From NCBI RefSeq assembly GCF_006345805.1, contig NC_042999.1:101184001-101248000 (forward strand): 64,000 bases of DNA, in the 5' to 3' direction. Each line of letters begins with the position of its first letter. The first letter of the stretch is position 1. This document shows, one piece after another, positions 15,070-27,471 of this stretch. A program made the translations under genes and the position numbers. Source of the stretch: Octopus sinensis. Taxonomy: Eukaryota. The notes beneath the pieces are model-generated. The model did not search any database and was not told where the DNA came from. It saw nothing but the letters and a program-made list of their open reading frames with translations.

Positions 15070-15801
15070 ATAATAACATAATTTGGATTATATTTCCTTT
15101 TGCTGAACATTTGAAGCCTAACTTTATAAAGTCTATTCGTTCTATTATTAAATCAAATTTTAGTAAATCTAGGTATGCTGGGATATTCAATAACAGAATG
15201 ATTAGATTTGGCTTTTCTGTTTCTCCTAACTTATTTAGGGTTATTTCTTCCTTTAACAATAAAAAACAAAATCTTTAATACAAGAATTTAACCTCCTGTA
15301 CTACTAACTGTAACCCAAATTACTCCAATAGCCCTATATCTTCTGCCAACGATTCCCATACCCACAAACTCTAGCTCTTTCAATACATATACACATAACA
15401 GCAGTATGTCTAATATTAATAACAACTGTAACTGTAGAAACCCTAACACCTGTGAGGTTAAAGGTAATTGTAAATTGAATAATGTTGTATATAAAGCTAC
15501 TATTACAACACATGATCTCTCTAGGTTCCATCATGTAGGTTGCACACAGATTCCTTTTAAATTACATTTGAATAATCATAAATCATCTTTTAATGATCCT
15601 CAGAAAGAAAGTAGTACTAGATTATCCAAAAAGGTATGGCAACTTAAAAGAGATAACATGAATTTCTCAAATTCTTGGAATATTGTTTCTTCTGCCCCTT
15701 CTTATAGGATTAGAAATAGAAATAGAGCTTGTCTATTATGCCCAGAGGAATCTTATATAATTATGAAAATGAATGGTTCTATCTTAAATTTGAGATATGA
15801 A
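15070..15801 (+). pseudogene. Penelope-like element C-terminal linker and GIY-YIG endonuclease remnant (CNCR..C..G.C..VVYKA type)
   Basis: NIIWIIFPF..IKSNFSKSRYAGIFNNRMIRFGFS, then CNCRNPNTCEVKGNCKLNNVVYKATITT..HVGCTQIPFKLHLNNHKSSF..STRLSKKVWQLK..SWNIVSSAPSY..CLLCPEE..LNLRYE. Confidence 0.75.
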
Positions 15802-16016
15802 AGAATTTTTCTTGTAAACATATGTCCAAATTCCTTTTCATTGACCTTAAATAGTTTTATTGATTACTTCCTTCTTTTTTTTTTAGTTCTTATTATATTC
15901 TCAGATATTTTGTGTATGTATATCTTCTCTGTGTGTGCATGTACGTATGAGTCCCTGTGTGGCAATGTTTATGCACTTGTGTTCTTGGTTACATATATAT
16001 ATATGTATGTATATAT

Positions 16017-16066
<50 letters not shown>

Positions 16067-16213
16067 ATATATATACATACATATATATGTATGTATAAAC
16101 GTGTGTGTATGTTTTATGTGTGTGTGTATGTATGCATGCATATATATATATTTGCATGTAGGTATGTATGTGTGTGTGTATATATGTATATACATATATG
16201 TGTGTATATAAAT

Positions 16214-16308
16214 AGCGGGGTGGCGTCATTCGAAGGCTAAAAAAAAATGCAAACGCATTGTGACCAGCGATGTGTAACTACATCTGATGGTCTGGTCGGT
16301 CACGTGAT
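16214..16308. repeat. Fragment of an unclassified CpG-containing interspersed repeat
   Basis: CpG-rich 95-bp block between TA microsatellites. Recognised from memory as a common octopus repeat end; single copy in this window. Confidence 0.35.
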
Positions 16309-16325
16309 ATATATATATATATATA

Positions 16326-16746
16326 AATAGTTATCACCAAGCTAACATGTCAGTCCAGAACAATAGGACGAATGCTGCTGTTGATTAACTCCAAGAGGCC
16401 ATCGCCTCTAGCTAGCTATGTGACACATGAACCTGTGTCCATTATAACCTTCGAACAGGGGAGGTCAGCTGCTTCCCCTTGCTGGTCTGGCATCTACAGA
16501 CTAGTTTCAGGGTATCTAGAGTAGCCAATGTAGAGTAGCCAAACCCAGCAGGCATCGCTACTGACCGCCTGTTCAAAGGATTATTTACCTAAAATTCAGT
16601 GGAATACATCCACTGGTTTTCTAAAATAGAAATATTAATATTTCTAAGTCTCTCTAAAGAAGACTACGGCAGCAGTACTGGAGCTAATCAATGGCAGCAT
16701 TCATCCTATTGTTCTGGACTGCCATGCTAGCTTGGCGATAACTATT
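16326..16746. mobile_element. MITE with ~68-bp TIRs
   Basis: 16326-16393 (aatagttatcaccaagctaacatgtcagtccagaacaataggacgaatgctgc..) is the reverse complement of 16679-16746. TA-rich flanks. Confidence 0.85.
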
Positions 16747-16748
16747 AA

Positions 16749-17515
16749 TATCCAGTAGACTTGCAAGACCCCTCTTCCAAAATGCACTTGTCTGTGATGA
16801 AAAATACTCCTCCAGTACTGTTCTGACCTCATCTACAGAATTTATATTTTTTCCATCCAAATGATTTTGAAGATTGCAGAATAAATTATAATCATATGGG
16901 GCAATGTCCAGCAAATATGGTGGGTGTTTCCCATTCAAACTGCTCCAGCCTTTGAAATGTCATCCTCACTGTATGTGGCCATGCAATTAGACTCGAAAAG
17001 TTTGTGACCCAATTTGCTGACTTTTCCTATGACACAAAGGTGTCAATGAATGGTTGAAGGACCAAATTTAAGCTTCTCTGCTAGTTCCTCAACAGTTACA
17101 ATGGTATTTTGTTCAACCACAGTTTGTAGGATGTCCTCATCGAGCTTACAGATCTTCCAGGATGAGGCTCATCTAGGCTGTAGTTTCCAGCTAGGAATTT
17201 CTGGAACCACCATTGACACTGGCTTATGCATATTGTCTGATCCCCATATACTGCATTAATATTCCTAACACTTTCTGTTGCGGTGTTGCCTTTATTGAAC
17301 TCATAAAACAAAAGAATGCTGAATATGTCCCGTTGTCACCTCTATTATAACTTTGAAAAAATAACTGTTCAAATCAAAGTAAACTGTTCAAAGCTAGCAC
17401 AAAGAATAAGGACAAGGTAAAATTACTACCTGCCTCTATAGCAGTTGTTTATCCTGTCTCCTAACTTTTAGTTTATGCAATTGAAAAAAAACGCATTATT
17501 TAGGGGATGACCCAA
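16749..17515 (-). mobile_element. Internally deleted mariner transposon (one TIR, N- and C-terminal transposase fragments)
   Basis: TIR TTGGGTCATCCCCTAAATAATGCG next to TA at 17516-17517. N-terminus MFYEFNKGNTATESVRNINAVYGD..QWWFQKF; C-terminus HPPYLLDIAPYDYNLFCNLQNHLDGK. The DDD core is missing and the 3' end is cut by the MITE. Confidence 0.85.
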
Positions 17516-17518
17516 TAT

Positions 17519-17578
<60 letters not shown>

Positions 17579-17581
<3 letters not shown>

Positions 17582-17807
17582 AGGGTTAATCAATAAATAT
17601 CCAGACTGGTGCCATAGTAATGAAGCTAAAGCATGCAGAGTAAAGCTACTTGACACAGATTGACCCTGCATGTACACTAAGTTTTGATATTCTAGCTCAC
17701 TTCCGCTGTTTACAGCAAAGTTCAAGATCAATCTGTGCCAAGCAGCTTTACTATGTGTGCCTTAGCTTCGTTACTATGGCAACAGTCTGGATACTTATTG
17801 ATCAGTC

Positions 17808-17812
<5 letters not shown>
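17579..17812. mobile_element. Tc1/mariner-derived MITE with ~85-bp TIRs
   Basis: aagggttaatcaataaatatccagactggtgccatagtaatgaagctaaagca.. versus the reverse complement of the right end, gaggactgatcaataagtatccagactgttgccatagtaacgaagctaaggca. TA flank on the right. Confidence 0.8.
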
Positions 17813-17868
<56 letters not shown>

Positions 17869-18663
17869 AATATAATCATTTGGCTGTAATTAATTTTCAC
17901 CTATTTATTCTAGTAATGTTCAAGCTTGCTTCCTATGGACTCAGTAAGAATCAAATAGAACTAATGACTGAATGTTGACATTATACAGAGTTATAGGAAG
18001 ATGACATTAGAATATGATATTGCTTTTAAGAGAAAAACATACATGAATAGTAAGGAATTTTAGGGCCATATACAGTAACAATGTAAATTTCTATCTATAT
18101 GGTTCCAACTGTTTTATAAACTACTTTTACTAATAATTTCACTATTTCTTTCAATTCACGTTCACAGAATTAGGATATAATATTCATGTTCACAAAATTA
18201 TGATATAATATGCACTTTTATTTATCATCATTTAATCTTCATGCTTCATACTGGTATGGATTGGCTATTTTGACAGGAACCAATATTTCCAAGGACTGCA
18301 TTAAGCTCCAGTGTCTGATTTGGCATGGTCTTTATGGCTGAATGTCCTTCCTAATGCCAACCACTTTACAGCTTTGACTGGGTGTTTTTTTTAGCAGGAG
18401 AGGGCACCTGTATCACCATGCAGTTTGCACCCTGGGGTAGGTGAGGGGAGGTCAGTCTCATTACTAGGGAACAAGGGGATCACTATAAGGTGATGGGTAT
18501 GGGGGCAGGCAGAGCATGCTCATGAAGAAGGATCTGCATGGCTACAAAATCTGAATCATTATTTTCTTGTTATAAGATTCATGTTTGGTTACATATTTAC
18601 TTGAGATGCTGGAAATAACATCTCAAGCAATTTTACTGTCTTAAAAAAATTATTGTTCTACAT

Positions 18664-19573
18664 CATCATCATCATCATCATCATCGTTTAACGTCCATTT
18701 TCCGCGCTAGCACGGGTTGGACGGTTTCGACCGGGGTCTGGGGAGCCAGGGGCTGCCCCAGGCTCCAGTCTGGTCTGGCAGTGTTTCTACAGCTGGATGC
18801 CCTTCCTAATGCCAACCACTCCGCGAGTGTAGTGGGTGCTTTTTACGTGCCACCTGCACAGGTGCCAGAGGGGTCTGGCATCGGCCACGGTCAGTTGGTG
18901 CTTTTTATGTGCCACCTGCACAGAAGCCAGTCGGGGCGGTGCTGGCATCGGCCACGTTCGGATGGTGCTTTTTATGTGGGGGGAGGGTGCAGAAATATAG
19001 GGGAGCACCAGTGAGGAGGGGTGTTCGGAGAAACGATGACAGGTTCTAGACAAGTAGAACGTAGGATATCACGAGAGGGGTAATGCATGGTGAAATAGCG
19101 TATTGAAGAGGGGGGTTCGAAGAGTAGACACCTATAATGTTGGTGGGAGAAGCGACATCTGGTATAGATGGAGCAAAAATATAGAGATATCTGGTATTTG
19201 TGGTGGGGGTGGGCAAGGGCGGGTGCACCGGGAATATGCGAAGGTTGAACTTGACGGGCTGGCTTAAAAATGCTCTTAGCAATGGAAGGGGGGAAAGGAA
19301 GAGGGGGGAGGGCAGACAACGTAAAAGAGGGAGAGAGAGAGAGAGAAGGAAATAGTGGAACCCTGCGAAAATCGGCCGCCATTGAAAAACCCCTGTATGG
19401 AGAAACTTAAATATCTATTCTGTATTTAGCGAGACACGAGGCCGGAAACCGATGGTCAACAATAACTAATAAATTATACAGAATATGCAATACGAGGCGA
19501 AACTGAAAATAATAATAATAATAATACTAATAAACAAATTGTCGACTGGGGATCAAAGGGATAATACTAATAC

Positions 19574-19604
<31 letters not shown>

Positions 19605-19663
19605 CAGCTTAACCACTAGAGATCAGACAAATTTGCATGAGAATATTACTGGTACATACATTG
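18664..19663 (-). mobile_element. Chimeric retro-insertion: ~685 bp unidentified CpG-rich segment fused to a ~315 bp RTE 3' UTR
   Basis: 18-bp direct repeat AAAAT(T/C)ATTGTTCTACAT at 18646-18663 and 19664-19681. RTE tail at 18664-18978 with an abrupt junction near 18978. Confidence 0.7.
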
Positions 19664-21238
19664 AAAATCATTGTTCTACATACATTGCGTAGAAGTGAAA
19701 CAAAGTAAGATGGTCAAAGCAACAACAAATTTACTATAGATTTGACCACAGATTTACAGATAACAACCAAAGTCACAGAAAATGACTGATGGTCTGTGGT
19801 GGCAAACATTATTAACAAATTTAATTAAGTTTGTATGCTGTCATGAGTAATGATTTTCAAGCAAAGCCTTTCTTCAGAGAGAGAAATTTAAACTCTTTAG
19901 GATAGCACCAAGCAAATACTCAAATCCTTTTACCCATGAAGCTAAGTTTGAACTTCTAAAAGGTGACAGTTTGTTTCCACTTTTATGTTCCTGATTTATT
20001 ATTGCTGAATGTGACATGAGATGAATATTTTATCCAACCACTTCATCAGCAGCCCTGAGATAATGGAATCTGAATAGCCACAGTAAATGTTCACTTAGCT
20101 TTCATCCTTTTATCTTAACATTGATGTCTCAAAGATTAATTCATTGCAATTCGAATAAATATAGTATTTCAAGAGTAGATCAATTGATAACAGGAAACCG
20201 CTGACTATTATGATATTTCTAATTTCAATATATGACAAGCTCTTACCGAGTAGACCTATGATCAACAGCTTAAGAGAACATTAATAACACCAATCTCATT
20301 GGGCTTGGAGTTCCCGTAAAGATCATGGACACAATCCCTTCCTTCAAACCTAGCAAAACCAAAAACAAAACATTTCTGCCATGATTATACCTTATTTATG
20401 TATATCAAAGTTTTTACTGTTCAATGTATCCTTCTTGTAAATGTTTAGCCCTTGGCCATCCCATATTGCATGTCAGTTATTCAAGTCACAGCATATCTAA
20501 TGTAACTTCTTTGTTTAAGACAGTATGGTGTCATTTGAGGGAGATTAGTCTACTATTTCTAGCAGTTGGAGTAACTGTGGCTCCCTTCATTGGCTCATAT
20601 TAGTTTTCATAAATATCTCCAATTTCACTTACTTTATATGGAAATATATAGAGTTTTGATACAAAATTTGTAGATAAATACATACATACTTCACCAGTAT
20701 ATCATAAGAATATTTACAATAATGCAAAGAAGTTTATATTTTCATGAAGTGAAACACATTGGAAATCATATGCAACATTCACAAGAAAATAAAAAGATTG
20801 ATTGAATGAATGCATGTTTGATAATGCATTCTTGATAATAAGCTTTAAAATCTAGCAGATTATCTTGTCACATTGGGAATGTAGTGTTGAAAAAAATGTA
20901 CATAAAGTGACAACAAATGGAGTAAATCTCAGTCAATAATAACTATTTGTTTTAAGATTTACAGAGATTGGATAACATTGTTTTCTGCTACTTTGTTTTG
21001 CAAAAGTACACAAGTGAGAACTTTGGTATTTTAAATTCAACCAGAAACAAACAAGTAATTAAGCATATAAATAAACAGAATAAAAGTAGATAACTACACA
21101 CACACACACACACGACAGAAGTAAATAGGCACACCGTAAAAACTCATTTTATGTATATTTTAACTTGTAAAGGTTTATATTTTTTATTAAATGACATTTT
21201 TATGTTTCAGGTTTTATATGTGGCTGTTAAATCATACC

Positions 21239-21760
21239 ATGTATAAAAGAAGTCTTGGAACTGTTTGAATTTCTAAGAGGCCATATTGTGGGTCAATCTG
21301 AAGGTGGACATAGCGTAAAATCACAGAAAAGCTTGGGATCCTATTTTCTACAGTAAATAGAGTGATTTTGCAATTCACCAGAGCGGGGAAGGAGTCAACA
21401 TCACCTCACCCAGGTTGACCAGGCCTCTCTGACAGGACCCTTCTCTTTGTTAAAAGAAGTGTGGAGGATAATCCTCACTGCAAGGCCTCTGATATAGCAA
21501 AACATGTTGATATCAGTCCCAGAACAGCTGTTGGGTATCTCCACAAATTTGGTTACTATGGCAGTGCAGCAAGAAAAAAACCACTTATTTGACCAGCCAA
21601 TATCAAGCAGAGAAAAGATTGGGCCAGTGAGATGGTGGAGAGACCACAAGCATTTTGGGACACTGTCATATTCTCCAATGAGTCCAGATTTGCTGTATTT
21701 TCTGACAGTGGTTGAGTGTGGGTTTGGAGACTCTGTGATCAAGAATTTGATGTGAAAGTG
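21239..21760 (+). pseudogene. Tc1-family transposase 5' half
   Basis: LELFEFLRGHIVGQSEGG..LGILFSTVNRVI..KRSVEDNP..GYYGSAARKKPLI*PANIKQRKDWASEM..FWDTVIFSNESRF..VWVWR. It ends shortly after the first catalytic-D position, here N. Confidence 0.85.
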
Positions 21761-21972
21761 CACTACCGCTTCAACTTTCTCCATCCCAAAGTTCTCTGTT
21801 GTTGGAATTATACACGATGTTGATGTCATGTCTGAGTTTGTGATTTTAAAGGTCTTTGCGATACGCAGACTCTCAATGACATCAATCTCATCTGTAAGGT
21901 ACATGCCTGTTTTGTCCTAAACGATACAAGTGATGTGTTACTTTATTTTGTTAGGATTTTGAAAGTTTCATG

Positions 21973-22040
<68 letters not shown>

Positions 22041-22041
<1 letters not shown>

Positions 22042-22176
22042 CTCTCTCTATATAAACGGCAGTTTGTCTGTGCGTGTTTCTGTGTGTCTGTTTTCTCGTA
22101 CCCTCACCCTGACCACGGCTTTCAACCGATTCTGATGAAACTTGACACACACATAGCCCAATGTCATAATTCAAAA
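22041..22176 (+). mobile_element. 5' end of a non-autonomous Helitron-type element, cut by the assembly gap
   Basis: TCTCTATATAAACGGCAGTTTGTCTGTG..ACGGCTTTCAACCGATTCTGATGAAACTTGACACAC resembles typical Helitron-N 5' ends. Confidence 0.55.
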
Positions 22177-22276
22177 NNNNNNNNNNNNNNNNNNNNNNNN
22201 NNNNNNNNNNNNNNNNNNNNNNNNNNNNNNNNNNNNNNNNNNNNNNNNNNNNNNNNNNNNNNNNNNNNNNNNNNNN
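22177..22276. other. Assembly gap (100 N)
   Basis: Run of N. Confidence 1.
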
Positions 22277-22717
22277 ATTTAAAATAATCAGTCACAGTGA
22301 AAGGAATCTTTTAAGCAAGTTAAATTGGAAATATTTGAAATAACAAACTGCCAAATATTCAATTTGTAGTTTTACAGTAAAATGTAATATTGAATAATGC
22401 TATAGATAGGAAAATAAGTAAATTTAGAAATTTGTTCATTGGGGCATGTATTTATTTGGTTATCTGAGATCTATCATTAGATTTACATTTGAAATTGTCA
22501 ACTCTCAGTTGTTTAGATATATATGTATGTATCTAGAAGATCAAAACCACTATATCTATATATATGGCAGTTTTGATCTTTCCAATACTTTAACTGACTT
22601 AAGAGGTTGCCATCACCAGCAAATTATTTCAATAAAGACTGTTCTTCCATTTTTTTTACATACACAATATATTGAAACATACTGAAACACATGTACAACT
22701 GTAAGCTTTATATATAT

Positions 22718-23085
22718 AGGCACAGCTGTGTGGTGAGAAGCTTGCTTCCAAACCATATGGCTCTGGGTTCAGTTCCACTGCATGGCACCTTGGGCAAAAT
22801 GTCTTCTGCTATAGCCGCAGGCTGACCAAAGCCTTATGAGTGGATTTGGTAAGCAGGAACTGAAAGAAGCCCATCGTGTGTGTGAGTGTATGTGTGTGTT
22901 TGTCCCCCTCCTTGTTTGACAACTAGTGTTGGTATATTTACATCCCTGTAACTTGGCAAAAGAGGCCGATAAAATAAATACCAGGCTTAAAAATAAAAAC
23001 TGGGGTCAATTCATTCAACTAAAGATTCTTCAAAATAGTACCCCAGCATGATGATAGTTTAATAATTGAAAGAGGTAAAAGATAT
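22718..23085 (+). mobile_element. SINE family A, diverged full-length copy
   Basis: gctgtgtggtgagaagcttgc..gggttcagttccactgcatggcaccttgggc..ctgaaagaagcc..ggggtcaatt..gaggtaaaaga. Confidence 0.75.
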
Positions 23086-25215
23086 ATAGATGATGATGAT
23101 GATGATGATGATGATATAAGAAATTTATAAGGCTGCCATTTCTGAAATATTGCATCTTTATATTTTAGTCAAGTAACATAAAATACCTGCAAAAGGTATT
23201 CTTCCTGTATGTAGCAACAAATATCCAAGAGAGGCAACAATTGGAAATGATTCCTATCACAATATCACTATCAAAGTCCCTAAAGAAGAAGGTAGCTGAT
23301 TCAAGCTACCAATACCTGCAAATTCACAAAACTTATAAAGAATCTCCACTAAATTATACAGGATATTTGCATTGCAATACTCACTTGCCACACCTATATG
23401 TCATCACCACCTTTTTGAAGTGCTACAATAAATAATAACATTATTTGGTAGAAAATTACTTATTCTTAGGGGAAAGAGCTTTTCACAAGGTTTTTCTTTC
23501 AGTAGAAGAGTGAACAAAAAGAAATCTTTGGCACTCCTGCGCAATTTTTCATCTTAATACTAATGTAAGAGTTTTAATTGTCACCACACTAATGACAATA
23601 TGTCTTATGCTCAACTTGTATGCCATAGTGATTGGGTGTTGCAAACATAGTGAAGGTAAAATTCTCAATGTTATTAGTACCCCCATTTGCTGATACCATT
23701 GAAATTCATTTTCATTTTCACACTAATAGCAAGGAAGATTTTATTCAACATGTTTGATAAAATTATTCTTTAAATTTTTTTAAATGCACAGTGGTTGTCA
23801 TCATGAGGTATTTTTACTATGAAAAAATGAATAAGTTGACAAATTAAACAGTGAAATTATGTAAAAACTCCTATGAAATTCTGTTTTTCTTATTAATGGT
23901 ACCTCTAATAGATACAGAGTTGATGACAGCCAGGTAGCATTGTATCTATTAGAAATTTTAAATTCTTTCCATACCTTCTTACATCTTCAAGGTAAAAATT
24001 AAAGCTCCATAATGGTGTTGAGAAGTCCTGATCACCAAAATGGCCATTACAATGGTTTACATTAGAGTTTTATTTACACCAGCTATTTTGATAAATGCAA
24101 GTAAAATGACTGGTGTTGCTGAAAACTGTATTTTGCTAATTTCACTTATCAATCAGTAACCATCTAATATCGAATCTGTCATTTACCATGAGTTGTCAAT
24201 TCCTAATCAGACTTCAACCTGTCATTCAATAAAGAATATATTCAAGGGCAAAACTTATAAAAATGTAACATTTGTCTCCTGATTCCCAATTTTCACATAT
24301 GGTCACATATATTGTTATCAGCTGAGTTGAGAATCCTTTTAACCTAAAGATATTTGCGAGTAAAAATCAGTTTAATATAGCAAAATATTTACTATAACAG
24401 TTGTCCCAATGATGAAAACAAAATTTATAAAAAGTACTATCTATACAGAGATGGTTTGAGTTTTAAAATTTTGCGGATGTAGAACACTGTGTATAATGTT
24501 GTGTATAGAAAAATAAAAAGAAAAAGATATTTTGTTTTATTAAACAGTTATTTTCTTTCTAGTTTGAGTTACTTTTCATTTACTTATTTCTTTTCTTAAT
24601 GTACAGCTATATGACGATGAAACAAATATCATTCATTCCATTCATAAAACAATGGGCAGTGGGTCATGTACTCATATAATAAATTAAATAAATAAAAAAA
24701 ATAACACAATAGAGGCATTCATTGGCATATTCAATTAAAGGAAGAAATCCTTAACATTAATATATGAATAATATATAAAGGTTTTTAACTATGCCAGACC
24801 TGCTCTGGTCTTCACTGTCTTCTCCACAGAAATAGCAGTCTGCATCACATGCTTAACATAAAACACATCCAGACCTTTTAATTAACAATCATCATGCATG
24901 CACACACATACACATCAATGTGCTTTGTGTTGTATTTTTAATAATAATACAATGGTACCTGTTCTTTTGATCTAGCAATCTATATACACCATTCCTCTTT
25001 AGTAAAACTCACACACCACTCCTCTTCCCAGTGTCTCTACTGCAACCCTCTGGAACATTCTCTCAACCTGCCCTTCTCTTACAGATATGAATCAACAGAA
25101 GTTCAAGTTAAATATAAAACTATATTGGTCATACTGTCTGGAAGCATATGTAAAAGCCATGAGAAGATATGCAAAGGCCCTACTTCTTTGGTTACTATCT
25201 ATACCACCCATATAA

Positions 25216-26020
25216 CATCATCATCATCGTTTAGCGTCCGTTTTCCATGCTAGCATGGGTTGGACGGTTCTACTGGGGTCTGTGAAGCCAGAAGGCTTCA
25301 TCAGGCCCAGTCAAATCTGGCAGTGTTTCTATGGCTGGATGCCCTTCCTAACGCCAACCACTCCGTGAGTGTAGTGGGTGCTTTTTACGTGCCACCCGCA
25401 CAGGTGCCAGACAGAGCTGGCAAACAGCCACGAACGGATGGTGCTTTTTATGTGCCACCGGCACAAGGGCCAGGCGAGGCTGGCAACGGACACGAAACGG
25501 GGCGGTGCTGGCAACGGTCACGAAACGGAAGGTTCTCTTACATGCCACCGGCACTGGTAACACATCTGCAATTTCCATTGATCGATTTCCATTCTGATCC
25601 TCACTTGCCTCAACGGGTCTTCACAAGTAGAGTTTCGACATGCCACCGGCACTGGTAACACATCTGCAATTCCATTGATCGATTTCGATTCTGATCCTCA
25701 CTTGCCTCAACAGGTCTTCACAAGTAGAGTTGATCCTCACTTGCCTCAACAGGTCTTCACAAGTAGAGTTTTGTGTCCCAAGAAGGGAAGGTATGCATAC
25801 GTAGGCTGGCTCCATCCCAAGTAGAAGGCCACGGGTTATGGACTCACTTGTCCTGCCGGGTCTTCTCGCGCACAGCACACTTCCAGAGGACTCGGTCTCT
25901 AGTCATTTCCTCAGTGAGACCTAAAGTTCGAAGGTCGTGCTTCACCACCTCGTCCCAGGTTTTCCTGGGTCTGCCTCTTCCACAGGTTCCCTCAACCGCT
26001 AGGGTGTGGCACTTTTTCAC
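25216..26020 (-). mobile_element. 5'-truncated RTE LINE (ORF C-terminus plus 3' UTR)
   Basis: The reverse complement encodes VEGTCGRGRPRKTWDEVVKHDLRTLGLTEEMTRDRVLWKCAVREKTRQDK*, then the repeat-bearing UTR and (GAT)n. Confidence 0.9.
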
Positions 26021-26693
26021 CTTTGTAACTATATATATCTAAATACCTACAAACAACTAGATAATCAACATTGACATGAACACTAGTATATCATTATAAA
26101 CATATCTTTTCTTCCATGATATCTTTCCAGGTGATACAGACAAGCTAAACCACTCATGTACACCAAAGTAACTAGCCATACTAGGCTTCAATTTTGAGCT
26201 AAGTTATTTATTTATTACATATCACAATTGGCAACGAAGAGTTTTATTGATTATAGGTTTCGAAAGGAGCAATCTTCAGTTCATTGCATTCAGACAGCAT
26301 GAGTGACAGGAAGTGTTTATAACTCAGTAGAATAATTTCATTCAAAGATCAACAATTTTCACTGATATTCATTAGAGAAAAATATATACTCATACATAAG
26401 TATACCTAAGTTCCTAGTTATATGCATGAATATTCAACTGGCTGCATACTCACAAACTTATTAAAGTTCATGTCATAATTTAAATTGCTGTTGAGAAACT
26501 GAACAATAAGAAAATTTAAACCAAACCATACCAAATTAAATAGATAAAACTGACAGAGAATTGGTGTTGGGTGAAACTCATAGAATAAAATCAAAACATT
26601 GAGTTAGAAAAGCAAGTTAACTATACACATTTTAAACATTTATAACTTCCAGATAGCAAATGGCAAATATGTTTGCCTGTGAGTGAGTGAGAG

Positions 26694-26792
<99 letters not shown>

Positions 26793-26794
26793 AA

Positions 26795-27332
26795 TCATAT
26801 CATCATCATAATCGTCGTTTAACGTCTGCTTTCCATGCTGGCATGGGTTGGACAGTTTGACATAGACTACAGTTATAGTCTTACTTGGCTTGACAGGTCT
26901 TCTCAAGCACAGCATATCTCCAAAGGTTTTGGTCACTAGTCATTGCCTCAGTGAGGCCCAATGTTTGAAGGTCATGCTTCACCACCTCATTCCAGGTCTT
27001 CCTGGGTTTACCTCTTCCACAGAGTCCCTCTACTGCTAGGGTGTGGCACTTTTTCACACAGCTCTCCTCGTCCATTCGCAACACATGACCATACCAGCAC
27101 AGTCGTCTCTCTTGCACACCACATCCGATGCTTCTTATGTCCAACTTTTCTCTTAGGGCACTTACACTTTGTCGTGTATGCACACTGACATTACACATCC
27201 AGCAGAACATACTAGCTTCATTCCTTGCAAGCTTACGCCTGTCCTCAGCAGTCACAGCCCATGTTTCTCTGCCATGTAGCATGGCTGTTCGCACACATGC
27301 ATCATACAGTCTACCTTTTACTCTGAGCGATG
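26795..27332 (-). mobile_element. 5'-truncated RTE LINE with a shortened 3' UTR
   Basis: ORF 26881-27375: LRVKGRLYDACVRTAMLHGRETW..WMCNVSV..RRLCWYGHVLRM..GRGKPRKTWNEVVKHDL. Confidence 0.9.
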
Positions 27333-27393
27333 TGACAAAATTGAATAAATGAATAAGCGACAATAGTAAATGCACATGAAAGGAACTTATATT

Positions 27394-27435
<42 letters not shown>

Positions 27436-27437
27436 AA

Positions 27438-27471
<34 letters not shown>

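Noticed and set aside
18972-19382. 136-aa Pro/Ser-rich ORF as a protein
   Set aside because: Low complexity, no recognisable domain, and its stop lies at the RTE junction. A weak GIY-YIG-like resemblance in another frame is not supportable.
21401-21904. 167-aa minus-strand ORF
   Set aside because: It is mostly the antisense frame of the Tc1 transposase.
24785-24872. Possible minus-strand exon (LDVFYVKHVMQTAISVEKTVKTRAGLA)
   Set aside because: Weak splice sites and no recognisable homology.
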